From: Raillietiella orientalis
Lineage: Eukaryota
DNA length: 64,000 nucleotides
Assembly (NCBI GenBank): GCA_036172245.1
Contig: JAYWIR010000007.1
Location: forward strand, 4,650,001-4,714,000
Direction: 5' to 3'
The translations under genes and the position numbers were made by a program. Below, in pieces: positions 11,726 through 25,161 of this stretch. Positions within the stretch are counted from its first letter, which is position 1, and every line of letters begins with the position of its first letter. The notes below the pieces were generated by a model. The model saw only the letters and a list, made by a program, of their open reading frames with translations, had not been told where the DNA came from and made no database searches.

Positions 11726-14700
11726 CATGCCGTACGCAATCAAATTGCATTTTGAAGGGAACGGAGTGCTTCTCGAGCCGTGCGGAGATGCCCTCAAGGG
11801 GAAGGGGAGATGTGGCAGCCCGCGAGTGGCGGCTTGCGCGGCCATGTTTCTTCGCTGCTTCAGCAAGCTCGGGAGCAAAAGAGAGTAAGAGTGCCCCGCC
11901 CGGTGGTGCCTCACTGCTTCCGGTGTCTGGGCAGACCGGGAAGACCCCGCTCCAGATTCGAGTGCGTCTCGGTTGGAACTCCCCCCGGGCACCCCAACGG
12001 ATTGGGGTAGGGCAAGCGCCCGAGATCCGCGTCGTGGTGAACAGCGCGGGTCCACCACCACGCAGGTGGTGTGTGCATCGCTGCGCGTGCGGCACGCTCG
12101 AAACCTCCGTTCGTATCGATTCCTGGAGTTTAGTCGGATTCCCGTTTTTCGAGGAGCGCTGTTGGATCCGGGAAGAAGCCGTGGCGAAAGCGTTCCGTTC
12201 CGCAAGTTTTCGGGAGTTGACTTTGGTTCCGGACGCACCCGCCTCACCTCCTTTCCTTTTCTCTCGGACGTGGGCCGCTTCTCTCCGAGACAAGCAGTGC
12301 GTTTCCAAGTGCAATTATAAATTACGCAAATTGCAAGCCCCTCGTTCGCTACAGTTTCCATGAAGATGCTGTTTCCGACAAAAGGGCAGTTCCGAGGGAA
12401 GCCTTGAACTCCGTCGACCAACGGGAACAGTCGCATCGTTAGCTCGTCGACGGAATGGCTTTCATGTGCTGCAGACGCCAGTTGGTGGGTCAACCCTGCG
12501 GTGCAAACCGGCTCGGAACGTGGTAGTTCACTTTCGGTGCGGCGCCATCGTGATGCGTGCGCTCTCCCGTCGTTTCCGGAGCAACGCGGGGGGAAGACTC
12601 GGCCTTGGGGGAGGAGAGCGCCGCACCGCGCGGGCCTTGTTGGCACCGCCGCCGCAGGGGCCTTCCGATGCCCGGTCGCGAGCCGAGGCAACACCGCGTT
12701 TGGGTGTCGTTCCTCGATCACCGCAACTGCCGGACCCCCCCCCCCACACACACACATATACACCTCGCACACCCGCGGGAAGCTCGGGCTCTCTCCCCGG
12801 ACCGCGCGCGCCTCGTGAGAGCTGCCCACGGAGATCCTGCTGAAGAGGAGGATTCCCGTTGCAGCAGGGTTGCCGAGGCCGTCTCTCTCTGCGGAGACCC
12901 GAATTGTGCCGCCGTTGCAAGGCGTCGTGCTGCCCTCATTTCGGGAACACCGTGCAAGAGCGGGTGATGCCGCAGGGAGGAATCCCGGAGGCTGCGGGGG
13001 TGCTTAACGGGAAGGGCGCACGGTGGCGAGCGGATAGGACGCTGACATCTCCATCTATATCATTGAGAAGAAGAAAAGAAGGGAAAAAAAGCTCGCGGGG
13101 CCCGCATGCCATAAAAAGGGCAGCGAGACGGATGGACCGGGTCCCTCGCTGCGCATGGAGGCGTCGACGCAGGCGCAGTGGGGCGGACTTCCCCGAAGCT
13201 GCCTATCGATGTACCGTCGCGAATCCCGTGGGAGTTCGCTGAGAGCGAACTCCCGCTCGTTGTCGGCGTCCTCCGGAGGAAGGCTCTGGAGGGCGAAGCT
13301 TCCCACAGAGAGGAGGACGCGCAATCTCGAATTTCTGACGCGTCTTCTTTAAAGTAGAAAAGGGAAAGAAAAAAGACTTTCTCCTGCACCGCCGCTGCGT
13401 TCCCGACAGACGGGGAGGAAGGTCCCGAAGTGAGCGAAAAGGATACTGAAGGAGTCTGTTTCCCAGGATACGCCCCAGAGATTTCGCGGGACGACGGCAG
13501 CTACCTGTCGTAGCGAAAGGAGAGGCGGGAATGATCAGCCCCGTGCCATAAGAGGGAGAGGGTGTTCAAAGTTCCGGAATTGTGAAAGTAGAGGGGGAAG
13601 AAGGCAAGGAATCCGCTGTGCCTCCCGAGAGAGAGAGTTCAGTCAATCCTCACAGAAACACATGCGGAACTCGTAGAGGAAATAAAACACTCGCATGGCC
13701 ACCGGGGACCGCTAGAAAGCGGCGCCTGTCCGCGTCGGGGGTTCGGCCCCCGGCGGGCATTTTGTGCTATGAATGCGCCCGGACAGGCCGCCGCCGCATC
13801 TCAGGCTGCTTTCGATTAAGCCGCGCCATCTCTGGGCCGATTCGCGAAGCTGCTGCGTCTTTCCAGCGCCCTCCGAATGAGGCCGCGCAAAGCGCCGCCA
13901 GGCGCCTGATTTGCGGGCCTGCAGCGGATCCCTCCCGGTGATCCGTTGGCTTCAGGGGCTTTCCGCCGAGTCGCGTGCGGAAGGACGGCAAGATTCATCC
14001 GAGAGGATGGTCCGTCCGTTCGTCGGGATCAAGCTCACCCTCTTGAGGGACGAAGAAGGAACCCGACTTCTGCGGCTCCGAGCCAGCACAGCTTGGACAG
14101 CGGAAATTGATTTCGCTGAGATCGCGTCATCTCCGAGTCCCTCCTTTCCCCACGATCCTTAATCAGGAGAGAGACACAGAAGGATCACCGCCGCAAGCAC
14201 CACGGGCAAGGGAAACGGCACGGAACGGTCTCCGGCGCCCCCCAACCGCCGCCGAACAATCTTCCTGCTCGGATTCTCTATCGTTCTTACGCCTCGAGTG
14301 GGGACTCACTTCACCTTCTGCCTGTTTGGTTACATCTTCTGCTGTGCCGGCAAAACCCGCCATTCCCTTGGGAAGGATCCAACCTGGGATGAAGGAGTCA
14401 CAAATAGGGTCCACTCGAGGGGCTTTTCCCGTCCACTCACGATCCAAGGCGCATGGCTATGCCAAGCCTCTAGGCTAGAAGGATGCCCCCCACCTCTTCA
14501 TTTGGGGAACTTTCAGGAACCGAAGCAGCACTTTCTGGAAAGAGAGAATGGAAGGAGGGCACCCCCGATCCTTGCGCGCGCGCCTTTGCGCGCGGCATCA
14601 CCCCGGAGGAGTGGCCTCGTGTCCCCCAAAGCTCTCGCTCCGAGCTCGCAACGGCTTCCGAGCCTTGCCGCCAGGGGCGCTGCAGGGCGGCGTTGCGAAG

Positions 14701-17700
14701 CGGAGCAGCTGCGTGCCGGGGAGCGGACGGCAGCTCCGCGGCAGAGCAGCTGCTGGGGCGAGAGTGGAACAACCTGGAGGATCCACGGATGGAATGAGTC
14801 GACCCTTCGTGCCCTGGCTGCCGCCTCCCGCAGATGCCGCCTCCAGAATCGCTGCTGTAGCCGCCGTTGTGCGAGCGAGCGGGAACCGACGGGACAGCGG
14901 GACCGTGGGCCTTGGCGGTCCGACTTTCAGGGAGGAAAAGGAAGCAGCCACGGACGGCACCTCCAGGACCGTCCGTTCCCTGGATTCTGGCCCCGCCCCT
15001 CCCATCCTCGCACCTCCAGCGTCAGGGATGGATGGGAGGCTCCTCAGCTCGGGAGGGATGCTGGACGCCGCACGCAACAGATATTTTTTTCCCGGAAAGC
15101 TTCCGCAGAGATCGGCTGGGACTGGAGATTCCCTCGCGTTCCCGGACCGCGACGCTTTCCTAGAAAGGAGTTCTCCTGGAGAGCCGAAGGGAGCGAAGGG
15201 GAAAGGGAGGAGGGAGGAGATTCCGGGCAGGGTGGAGGAGGGGGAATCGCGTAGATCCCTCATGGGAACACCGAGCGAGGTCGAAGGCCGCGAGTCCTTG
15301 GGAATCCCCGCCTTCCGGACGGAAGGGGAGGAAGGAGCGCTGCCCTCCCGACTTTCGGAATGTTTCTCGTGCGTTTCGGATATGGAGGAGGGAAAGGTTG
15401 AAAGAATCCAGGAAAGGCGGGACTGCCAGAGAGGTACCTGCTGAGCCTCCAAGCAGCCTTCGCTTTTTTCCTCCTTCCCGCCTTTGCAAAGGCGTTCCAC
15501 GCTCCCCCACTGCACCCGGTTATACCCGATTCCCGAGGAGCGGAGTAGAGAAGGAAGGAGGGTCTCGAAGGAGTGGGGTCCTGAGGGAGAGAACAGGGGC
15601 GGAAGGGGAGGGAGGAGGCAGCAACTGCGCGCCTTCAGCATCCGAGGAGCACGCGTTCCTCCTCGGCTTGGAACCCTCGACCTCAGGAGCCGTCCGGCCT
15701 GCTAGCGCACCGCTTCCAGAGTCGAGGCTCCGCCTGCGCCGATACCGATGACGTCGCCATCTGCCTGGTCCGTTGGCACTCCAAGCTACCAGACCCCCCC
15801 CCCCCTTCCATAGACACACCCTCACCAACAACTCATTACCGTCTTTCTGGACCATCCTCCCTTCTCATGACGGTCTGCTGCAGAGCGCCCATTGGTGCTC
15901 CATCAGCCGCCGAGCGCGCGTCTTTCCGTGGATGCGATGGAAACGGAAACTCCGGGATCGGGGGGGCCTCCTACGGAAAAGGACCGTAGCGCCGATTGCG
16001 ATACCGCGGCCGACCGCGTCGCCGTCGGCTGCTATGCGTCCTCAATCCAGAGACCAGGCTCCTGAAACTCGCTCGTCGTGCCTTCCGTCACGAAAGATGA
16101 ACTGCGGCTGGGCGGCTGCAGCACATCCAGCCTCCGCCGCCAACAGCGAGCGCCCTCGCACCGCCCACTATGCCGCTTTGTCCCGAGGATTTGTTTGTTT
16201 TTGTTTTTTTTTTGGGGGGGGGGGGATCCCTTCCGTCCTGCGAACCCAACGCCCCACGAAGAGAAGGAATGCTCGCTCCTGCTTTCGAGCATTCGAAAGA
16301 GTGAAGACAATTTCCCCCTCTGCCTCCCTCCCTCTTTCAAGCCCTTCGGAAGTTGCATTCCAATCATTTCCATCCTCCCGTCGAGTCGAATGACTTTGGT
16401 GAAAACGATTCCCACCTCATTCGAATTCTTTTTATTACTCGCACGGTTCATTATGGTTCCGCTTCGTTCCTCACCTGACCTGCGGAAGACATGAAGACGC
16501 GCAGACTTGCGGAAGACATCGGCACACGTCCGCGCCGGGAACCGAAGCTTCCAACAACGCGGGTCCCATGGCTGCAGCAGTGCCACCGCTCTGGGGCGCG
16601 ATCCCCAAGAAGCGAGCGGCTACGGAACCAGCTTGAATTGTTGCCATGGTATTATTATCACGTAGGATAATGAAAGCGGGGGCAGGGGGTAGGCAGGGCT
16701 GAAGTGGCCGGCGCGCCGAGGCAGCTCCACGGAAGGATTGCTCGAGGGGAAGAGAAACATCTTCGGGCTCTTCCGTCCGCATCCGCTTTGGGGAGGACCG
16801 TTCCCCTCAGGGAGCCACCTGTCCGGAAAGGAAGAGACGACGAAGAAAAGGATGCGCTTCCCCAGCTCCCCCGGCTAGACTCTCCTGCCTTCCCGTCGGC
16901 GCGGCCCGTCTGCCGCCGTGGCGCGGTGCGCGCACGCGCGTCCCCGTTTCCCCGGAATGCGTGGCAACACTGCGCGGGAAGGTCTCTGCCTGTGGCGCGC
17001 GCGCTTCGGCATCCACCGACCGGCAGGCCCGACAGACGGCCCCCGCCAGCCGGCGGTGGCGAGGAATTTTTCCGAGCGACGCCCCGCCGTCCCGAGTTTG
17101 CGCGACACGTGGAGGACGGAGGGCGACGACGCGTACGGTCATGTCGCGCCCAGAGAGCAGCCCCCCGTGCACGTCCTTCCTGGGGTCGCGCGCGCGCAGG
17201 GGCAGGAGGGGAGCGCGCACGCACGGGTCGCGGTACCTTTCACCGTCGTCGCAGCGTCCCGCGGCGTCTTCCTCGCGTCCCCTCCCCCTCCCAGGCGCCC
17301 CCGTGTGCTCCTTCACTTCCGCGGCGGCGGGAGCGGGCAAAGGCGACGCGTGGATCCGCATCCGCCTCACACGTGCACGCGTGCAGCCGCACGCTAACGG
17401 GGCATTCTCTCGCGACGCATCGAGGGGAAGGGATCGCGCCAGCAGACCCGCTGCTCGAGACGGCGTGGCTCCCAAGCGCCGCTCCAGGCCGGCGGGCCTC
17501 GGTTGACCCTGCCCTGTTGCGACCCTGAGGATGCCCTCTGTTTGCGCCATCACGGTCTTCTACGACGCGCGCGTCGTGGTGATCCTCCGAGGCGTTCCCC
17601 TAGCCGTCCGTCCCTTTCCTGCTCCTCATTTCGCCTCCCCCTCCCCACACATCACCTTCGCTCTAGAAGCGTGCCGCAATGCTTCCTTCGCGCTCGGATC

Positions 17701-18672
17701 CCTCCCTCCCCCCTCCCCCCCCACGAGAGGCCGTGCATCGCCTCCCTCGCCGGCTACGGTTTCGATTCTGCAGGTGGGGCGCGGCTCTCGAAACGCCGCT
17801 CGCGACCCAGTGGCTTCCGGAAGACCAAGGTGGCGAGCTGCTGCTGCACCTCGCGCCAGAGCCCTCCTCGCCTGCCCTTCTACAGGCAGCTTCCGGCGCC
17901 CTGCAGTCGCAGGGATCTTTCCTCCCAGCTTCTCTCTCCTCGTCGCGAAACGCATCTCTGCTTCTAAGGTCTCGCGTCCATCAGCAACGCCCGCTCTCCC
18001 CCACCCCTATTCATTGCCGCTTTTCCCGTCGTTCCCCCGGATTTTTTTTTTTTCTTCTTCACCCGGCAGGGAGACGGACGCGCCTGCCGATCGCATCGCT
18101 GCCCCAGTCACGCACTCCCTTCTGTCCATTCAGATGTTGGAGGCATCGGGCAGCCACATCTGGCAGAACGTTTCCGTGGGCAGCCTGGACGAAAGCCCTC
18201 GCATCTGCCCGCGTTTCGCCCTCCGGTCCGCCCCTCTGCTCTTCGTGGTACCAGGAGCGGCAAGCTGGAAGAGGAACCGCGGCTTTCCCGGAGGAAGGGG
18301 AGGGGGGACCTCTCGATGCCTCCGCCCATTGCGTGCGACCGCTGAGATGACCTTCCTTTCCTCCTTTTCCTCCAGGTAGCTGCATCTGGAGCCGGTCACA
18401 CTGCATTCCGCCGTCGTGCGCTTCTGATCAGCCTGCGGGTCCAAGGGTGTGCCGCTGCCTCCTTCCCCTCGCAACTCCTTCAAGGGAGCCGGGAGCATCC
18501 CTCCGCTCCTATGGCGTGCGCCAGCATGCTGGACCGACCGGGTCTTCCTCCTCGGCCTGCTCCGAGGACGGGTCGCGCGGAAGGAGCGTGTCCGCGCGAC
18601 CTTCTCCAGCGGCTTCAGCTCCCCCCCCCCCGTCGAAGTTTGCCAGCGGCTAACGAGCAACGCGGGTCACCA

Positions 18673-19035
18673 CTAATATCATCATTAACTAGCACACGAC
18701 CATTTATTCTCACTTTTAATTTTCCGGAAGAACCGGCCATAATATTGCCTTGAATAGCTACATTTTTCTATCTTTTTTCTATCTTTTTTTTCTATCTTTT
18801 CTTTTTATCTATTTTTCTATCTTTTTTCTATCTTTTTTGAGAGTTCCCTCCACCTACAACCTGACCTGAAGAGCTAGGGGTATCTCATTCACTACATTAT
18901 TACTACCAGTTATTTCTATGTTACCTTTGTCAATTAGAAAATTATTGTTCCATTGATTACCTTCGATAATCCAATTCTACTGTAGCATTGCTAAATTGGG
19001 AAATGGGCTTCAGAATTAATCTCAAAGCACATTAG
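18673..19035. other. Sharply bounded AT-rich island
   Basis: Abrupt switch from GC/CpG-rich flanks to AT-rich, CpG-poor sequence and back. Ends read CTAAT...ATTAG. Confidence 0.85.
18763..18838. repeat. Degenerate (TnCTATC) minisatellite, about 6 units
   Basis: TTTTTCTATC-like units with variable T-run length (GATAGAAAAA on the minus strand). Confidence 0.9.
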
Positions 19036-22000
19036 CCGTCGCCGCCTCCCCCCTGAGGCTCCTTTCCGCGGCACGCGAAGGACCCCTCATCTTCCTCGAG
19101 TGGTGCACCGGAAGGAGCGCGCCACCTCGGCGTCCTCGTTCCTTTGGCAAGCATCGAGGGTGAAAGTCCCGTTGGGGGCAACCGAGTTCGCCCGGAGAGG
19201 CTGGGACCTCCGGGCGAAAACATCCGCGTCTCCGGGATGCCGGAGCGCTGCTCCTTTCAAGATGAGAACCTCTTGATCTGCACGCGAGGAAGCACGCGAC
19301 GTTCCGGAGCACCTCTTTCCGGGAGCGGTGCGTCCTTCTCGGTCCTCGCCACCCTCTCCGCCATCCAGGGCCCCCAGGAAGGGACCCTCTAGCTGCACGC
19401 AAGGATGAGGCGTGCGGAAAGGACGGCGTCGGCGGGGTTTCCAGGCTGCTGGACGAGGAGGAGGAGGAGGAGAAGGAAGAGGAAAATGGACGTTGGCTAT
19501 CCTCCTCGCATCCGAGTCCGGGCACCAGGTTCTCCTCCCTTTGAACCGGATGCCGCTCCTGTTCCAAGGACTGACGATACGCACGAGGGCGCTTTGGAAC
19601 CCTCCTGTCCGACGTCAGCGTCCCCGGATTGCCCTGCCAAAGGAGGTGCGGGAGCGACCGGTCAGACCCTCCCGCAAGAAGAATTCGAGAGGAGTCCTCC
19701 CCTTCCTCCCCCGAAGTGGCGCCATCCTTTCGAAAAGCCGAGCTCCGCGAGGATTCCCTTGGCGAGGCGTTCCGAGGAGAATTTTTTTTAATTATTTTCC
19801 CTGTCCCTACGCGGAATGCCTCCGGCAGTGCTGGTCAGCCGCGAGGCCGAAAAACGGTGGCACGCACGACGCCCCCTTGCTTCCAGGAAAGGAGGGAGGA
19901 AGTAAGAGGTCAAGTTCGCGAGCAGTTCGTTCTGCAGCTGCTGTCACCGCCGCACTGGAGGCGGCGTCGGATCCTCCTCGCTTTCCCTCCGCAACGGTAG
20001 ATGTCAGCAGTGGTCGATGTCTCCCGCTGCGAGGGCGCAGGTCGGGCGACGACACCGAGTCCGCATCTCCGGCGCACTGTTCGCGCCAGCGGGGGTCGCG
20101 AGCGGGTAGCGCGGCGGCAACAGGCCAGCCAGTGGCCTTCGTACACGTGTTCCTCTGCACCACCACCACCCCCTTAGGACAAATGGTCACTCCTGGTCCC
20201 TTTGGAGTCTCCTCCTCCTCTCGCCAGAGAAGAGCGAGGGGAGGCATGCGAAAGCCGAAGAATGTGTGGAGTGAGCGGGGATGGATGATGGGCAGTGGAC
20301 GCTGACGTGCGGTTCCTCCTTGTACGTCGCTGCCTCGTCAAACGGCAGCCAGAGGGAGAGCTCCGAGGTTCGCTGACCTTTCGCACGGTTCCGCTGGTGC
20401 TGGTGCCGTCGCCGCTTCCTCGGCTGTTCCCGGAGTCTGCTGCGCGGGCGACGGAACCCAGGTGCTCTTCCCGCCTCCCCGAATGTCCACCATGACTTCC
20501 GGTGCGTTTCGCGGGGCGCCAGAAAAGAAGGCGGCCGCATCTGTCGGTGACCCGCGCGTATGCGCCCGCGCAGCAGAAGGGCCACTGCTCCGTGCGGTCC
20601 ACCGGGGAGTCGGCGGTTGCCAGAATGCGGGGGGGGGGGGCTTCTCCGTTCCGGTTCGGGAAGGCAACACGCTTTCGGCGGGAAGTCCAAGACGACCGGC
20701 AAACCCCTCCCCCTTGACGATACGGGAGACGACGCACGGCGTGAGATGGTGCCACCTCTCTGGAGAGAGCCTTACCAAGCAAAGCGGGGGTGGGGGTTGT
20801 GTGCCACCTTCCCCACACGCATGCATGTCGTTCGGGCGCTCGGCTCCGTACCTTCTCGGCGTCCTTCCGGCTCTCCTTTCCCGCGCAGTGGTGCGCATAG
20901 AGGAAGCCCAACATTTCTCTTCCGCCGCCTCCCGGCGGGCTCTTCCTTGCCCTGCAAGAAAACTACGTGGGAAGGAAGGCGGATTGCTTCTGCCCTTCGC
21001 GGGTGGAATCGAGAGGGACGCGTCCGATCGGCAGTTGCCTGCTGTGCTGCTACTGCCGAAGGGAGACTGGGATTCCAGTTGAGAAATCCAGGCAGGGTTT
21101 CCGGTCGGCTTTCGGGGTCGGGAGAAACGCCCACGCTATCCGGAAGGGAAAGGACGGGCAGCAGCCGCAATGCCTTCGCTGGCTCTGCCCTGTCGGACGA
21201 TGCAATCGAAAGTCCTAGAGGCCGACTTACGAGGTGCTCTCCAGGCGTTAACAGCGTCTTCTCCTGCCAAGCATCTGTTGTTTACCATTTTACGCGAGTG
21301 CCGTGCGCGCGCTCGATTGAGTATGGATTCCATTGACGCACGTGCCGAGACGCGTAGGGAGCAAGACCCATCTATGCGTGCGCATCGCAACTAAGAATGC
21401 TTCCAGAGTCCGAGGCGAGGTGGCACTCGCTGCCGGCGGCCGCCGCGTGGACAGCGTTCTCTTCTGCCAACGTCAGTGGACGAGCGCGCGCACGTCGCCC
21501 CCCTTCCCCATCGGATCCATCTCCCAAAGTTCTCGTTCACCCATCCAGCGGGATCCCCCCCCCCCTCCCCGTCTGCGGTCCCGCTGCTGCTGCTCGGGGG
21601 ACGTGCGTGGATAATTCCGTCTCGAGTTCCCCGCGATCCCCGAACCGTGGCCAAATTCCCGAGGAGGCGCTTTCAACCTGTTGGCTTTTCCGTTCGCATC
21701 CCGCAGGTTTCCCTCCGCCTGTGCATCGGAGTACGCTGGGAGCAAGCCAACCGAATAACCAATTAGCATCGCAAGAAAACTGGGGGCCTCCCTTGTTTGG
21801 GGCATCCATTTTTCCTTTTCCGCCTTTTTTTTTTCTTCCTTCCTCTTTCGAAAAACAAAAAAGAATACCCCACTTTGCGCGCGTTTCTTCCTTCCCCGAC
21901 TTCCTCCGCACTCTGAGGGAGTGGGGTCGGATGAATCATGCAAAAGCAGAAGCAGCCGCAGCGTTACGTGGCCGGCGATGTGCCTACGGGCTATCCGCAT

Positions 22001-23039
22001 GGTGCACATTCATTGGAGAACACGTTGCAGTGAAGGCGAGGTGGTCGCGACCCGGGATGGGAATCTTCGGGAAAGCAGGGATTTCCTACAGCTTGGGAGA
22101 GGGCTGCACGGCCCTTCCGCCTGCACGAAGGCGTCCGTTCCTTCTCCCTTCCCCATCTTCCCGAGCGACGCCAACAACGAAGGAGCGGATCCACAGGCGA
22201 GGGATGTCATCCCGTATGCCCAACGCTTCTTGCGGAGAGCTGCCGGATGGCCCCAGCTGGGAGATATGCGGAGAGACCTCGAGGGCTTTCTTCGAAGGAT
22301 GGGCCCTCCTCACAGCGACCAGTGATCCCTACCCTGCCCTCCAAACTCTTTTTGTTTTTTTATTTCTTTATTTTTCTTTTTGTTTCTCCCCTCATCCCCT
22401 TTCGCTGTCGGGGAGTGCCACGCCGGGCTGCGTCCCGGTGTCCCGACAGGTCCTGTGTTTACGGCCGTGGTGGGGCCTTGTACCACGCATGTAGAGTTTA
22501 TTAATAAACGCCCCGTGCGTACCCGGGTGATAACCCCATCTTCCCGAGGCACAGGAGGACCCGAAACGAAAGGCTTCTGAGTCGACGACGTGCAGGGGCG
22601 TGTTTTGCGGAGCTCGGCGTCACCCGCGTCCAGCGCACGCTGCCCACGCGGCCGGCATCCTCGGGGAAACGGAGAGGGGAGGGGGGGGGAGACCTCCACG
22701 TTGGCAGGAAACGGGCGACCGGGCGCTCGCGGGACGGAAAGCGCAGCGAGACGACAGGCGGCAGCGGCTAGCGGTCACCGAACGGTTCCTTCTGCCGCTG
22801 GAGATGCGGCAGAGAGGATGGGTGGGGGAGAAAAGGGAAGTTGTGCAACCCGTCGCGCTCCGGGGCACGTTCCCACCGCCAGCGGCCCGTTGGCCGCCCC
22901 CTGGTACTAGTCAAAGTTTTTCCCGCCGCCGCCCGCACCTGCATGGCGCGCACGGGAGGGAGGGAGGTAAGAGAGAGAGGAGGAGCTCCCAGACGCAGCG
23001 GGTGCGAGCCCCCCCCCCCCCCCCCCTCCCGAAGTGCCC

Positions 23040-23040
<1 letters not shown>

Positions 23041-23067
<27 letters not shown>
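23041..23067. repeat. (GAC)9 microsatellite
   Basis: Read directly from the sequence. Confidence 0.95.
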
Positions 23068-23071
<4 letters not shown>

Positions 23072-23305
23072 ATGCGCTCGGGAGGAGGAAGAGGCGCGCC
23101 GGAAGTGCCCGCCGTCCCGCGCCATCTTTGGTCCGCCCCTGGATGCGAAGCTCCCCCCCCCCCTCTCCCTTTTTTTTTTTTTTTGCTTCCGTCGCTCTTC
23201 CCGAAAGGAGCTTCCCTCCTGGCGGCTAGCGCGCGCACATCCCCCCTCGCAACCCCGTCTCTTCCTCGTCGCATGCGCGCGAGCGGAGGAAAACAGATGA
23301 CGTCA
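23068..23305. promoter_or_regulatory. CpG-island-type promoter motif cluster (NRF1, ETS/GABPA, YY1, CRE)
   Basis: GCGCATGCGC 23068-23077, CCGGAAGT 23099-23106, CGCCATCTT 23120-23128, CGCATGCGC near 23270-23278, TGACGTCA 23298-23305. Confidence 0.45.
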
Positions 23306-25161
23306 CGGGTGCGTAAGGGAGCCACATCCGCGCGACGGTGGTCTTCCAGCAGCAGCAACAGCATGTGAAGCTTTCCCGTGGGAGAGAGGAGAAGATGCAC
23401 TGGGAATCTACGCACGTGGATCCTCGCTGCTGCGGCGGCGGCGGGGTCCTCCGCAGACGGCCGCCCTCCTCGATTTCCAGCCGGCAGGACCGGCTGAAGG
23501 CGGCAGTCTCCCCCCCCCCCCTCGAGGCTGCTGGCGCGCGGGGGCGACGTTCGACCCCGCGCGCTCCACCTAGCGTGTTGTTCTTCGTCTCCCTCGGTCT
23601 CCGCTGCGTGGGTAACTGGGGCTCGCCCCCCTCCCTTCCCCGTCACGAACCTCGGCCTCCAGGGGAGTGGGCAGGGAAGAAATGGGAGGCCGAGGGGGAA
23701 CGGGGTGGGGAGTGGGGATCGCGCCGCCCCTTCGACCCTGAGGCGCGCGCGCGCGCGCTCTGCGGTGCCTCCGTCCTTCCCTCGTTAAGCCGAAGAACAC
23801 CGGCAGCTCCGCCCCTGCTCCTCGCAGCGCCTCCGCTCGGAACGGGTAGATGGCGCGCGCGGTAGGGGGGGGGGACATCCTGTACCCGTCCCGCTTCGAA
23901 GAAGACTCTCTTGCCTGTGGGAGGAGCGGTTCCGGAAGCCGTGACCTCCGGCCGGTCCTTGCCGCTCACTCCTAGAAAAGAGGAATGCGAAGAAAGCGGA
24001 AGGAGAGGGTAGGGTCCTGGAGGAAAGAAAACCTCCCGGGATCTCCCCCGAACATCCTCTTCCTCTCGAACCAGGAAAAGCGGAAGCCCCCCTTTTCTTC
24101 GGATCTCTTACCTCCCTCCTCCCGTTGGCTTCCCACAGAGGAGGCGGAGGGGGGGGGGAGGAGGTCGCGCGCAGACGGGAAGGTCGGAACTTCCTGGCCT
24201 CGACTTTCGCCCGGCCTCGCTGCGGTCTTCGACCGGCGCGAGGAAGCCCCTCGGTTGGCGGGCGCCCTTCGCTCCGCGGCCGCGCGCTGGAGGTCGCTCC
24301 CCCCCCCTCTCCTCCCGTTTTCACGCTCGCCGCCCCTCGGCCTGCCCGGGTGTCCCCGCCTTGCAGCGACAGGAGGAGCGTCGGAGGTCGAATTCCGCGC
24401 TCCTCCGGCTCGCCGGAGACGTTCGCTCGCGCCTCCTCTTCCTCGTGCCCGAGACTGGTAATCGGGAACGACTCGCCCACCGGGTGGGGAGCGACCCACT
24501 CGCCTTTTCCGAGCGCGGCAGCGGCGGCACCCGCGGGAGATCCCTCCCTCCCTTCTTCCTCCTCCTCCCTCCTCCCTTTCCTGCTCCGATCCCCCGCTAT
24601 CCCTTTCGGAAAAAGGGAAAACTCGAGAGGATGGTGGCGCTCACGCGAGCCAACTGGGGAGACTTTTTATGGCTCTCTCTCTCCGTCTGCCGCTGGAGCG
24701 CCGAAGAAGGCAAACCAATGACTTGCAAGTGAAGCGCCCTCGCCTGACCGAGCAAACTTCACGCGCGCTGAAAAGCTCTGCGCGGGGTCCTCCCGTGCAA
24801 AAGGAGGGGGGAGGGGGAGAGGGAGGAACACGGAAAATCGGACCCGACCGGGGCGTCTCTCTTCGTCCTGTTCGATGGCATCCCGCCCGGTGCGCACCTT
24901 CAGGCACGCGTAAACACCTCGTGCACCTACGTATGTATGTAACTGAAACGAGCACTCGAGGGAGTGACATGACGAAGACCACGCGTGCTTGGGGTGTGTG
25001 TGTGTACGACTGTGCGAAAGCACTCATGTGTTGGTGTGCCCGAGCGCGAGATGCCGAAGGCACATTATTTATTCACCGTGGGCACTGCGCACGCGCGCAC
25101 GCAAACTGTTTATCTTCCGAAGTAAATACTCCGCGGAACTTTCGACCAACCCACTGAAAAG

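Noticed and set aside
10809..12314. 501-aa minus-strand ORF
   Set aside because: Translates poly(T) as poly-Phe and (TAT)n as poly-Tyr, and has no recognisable domain.
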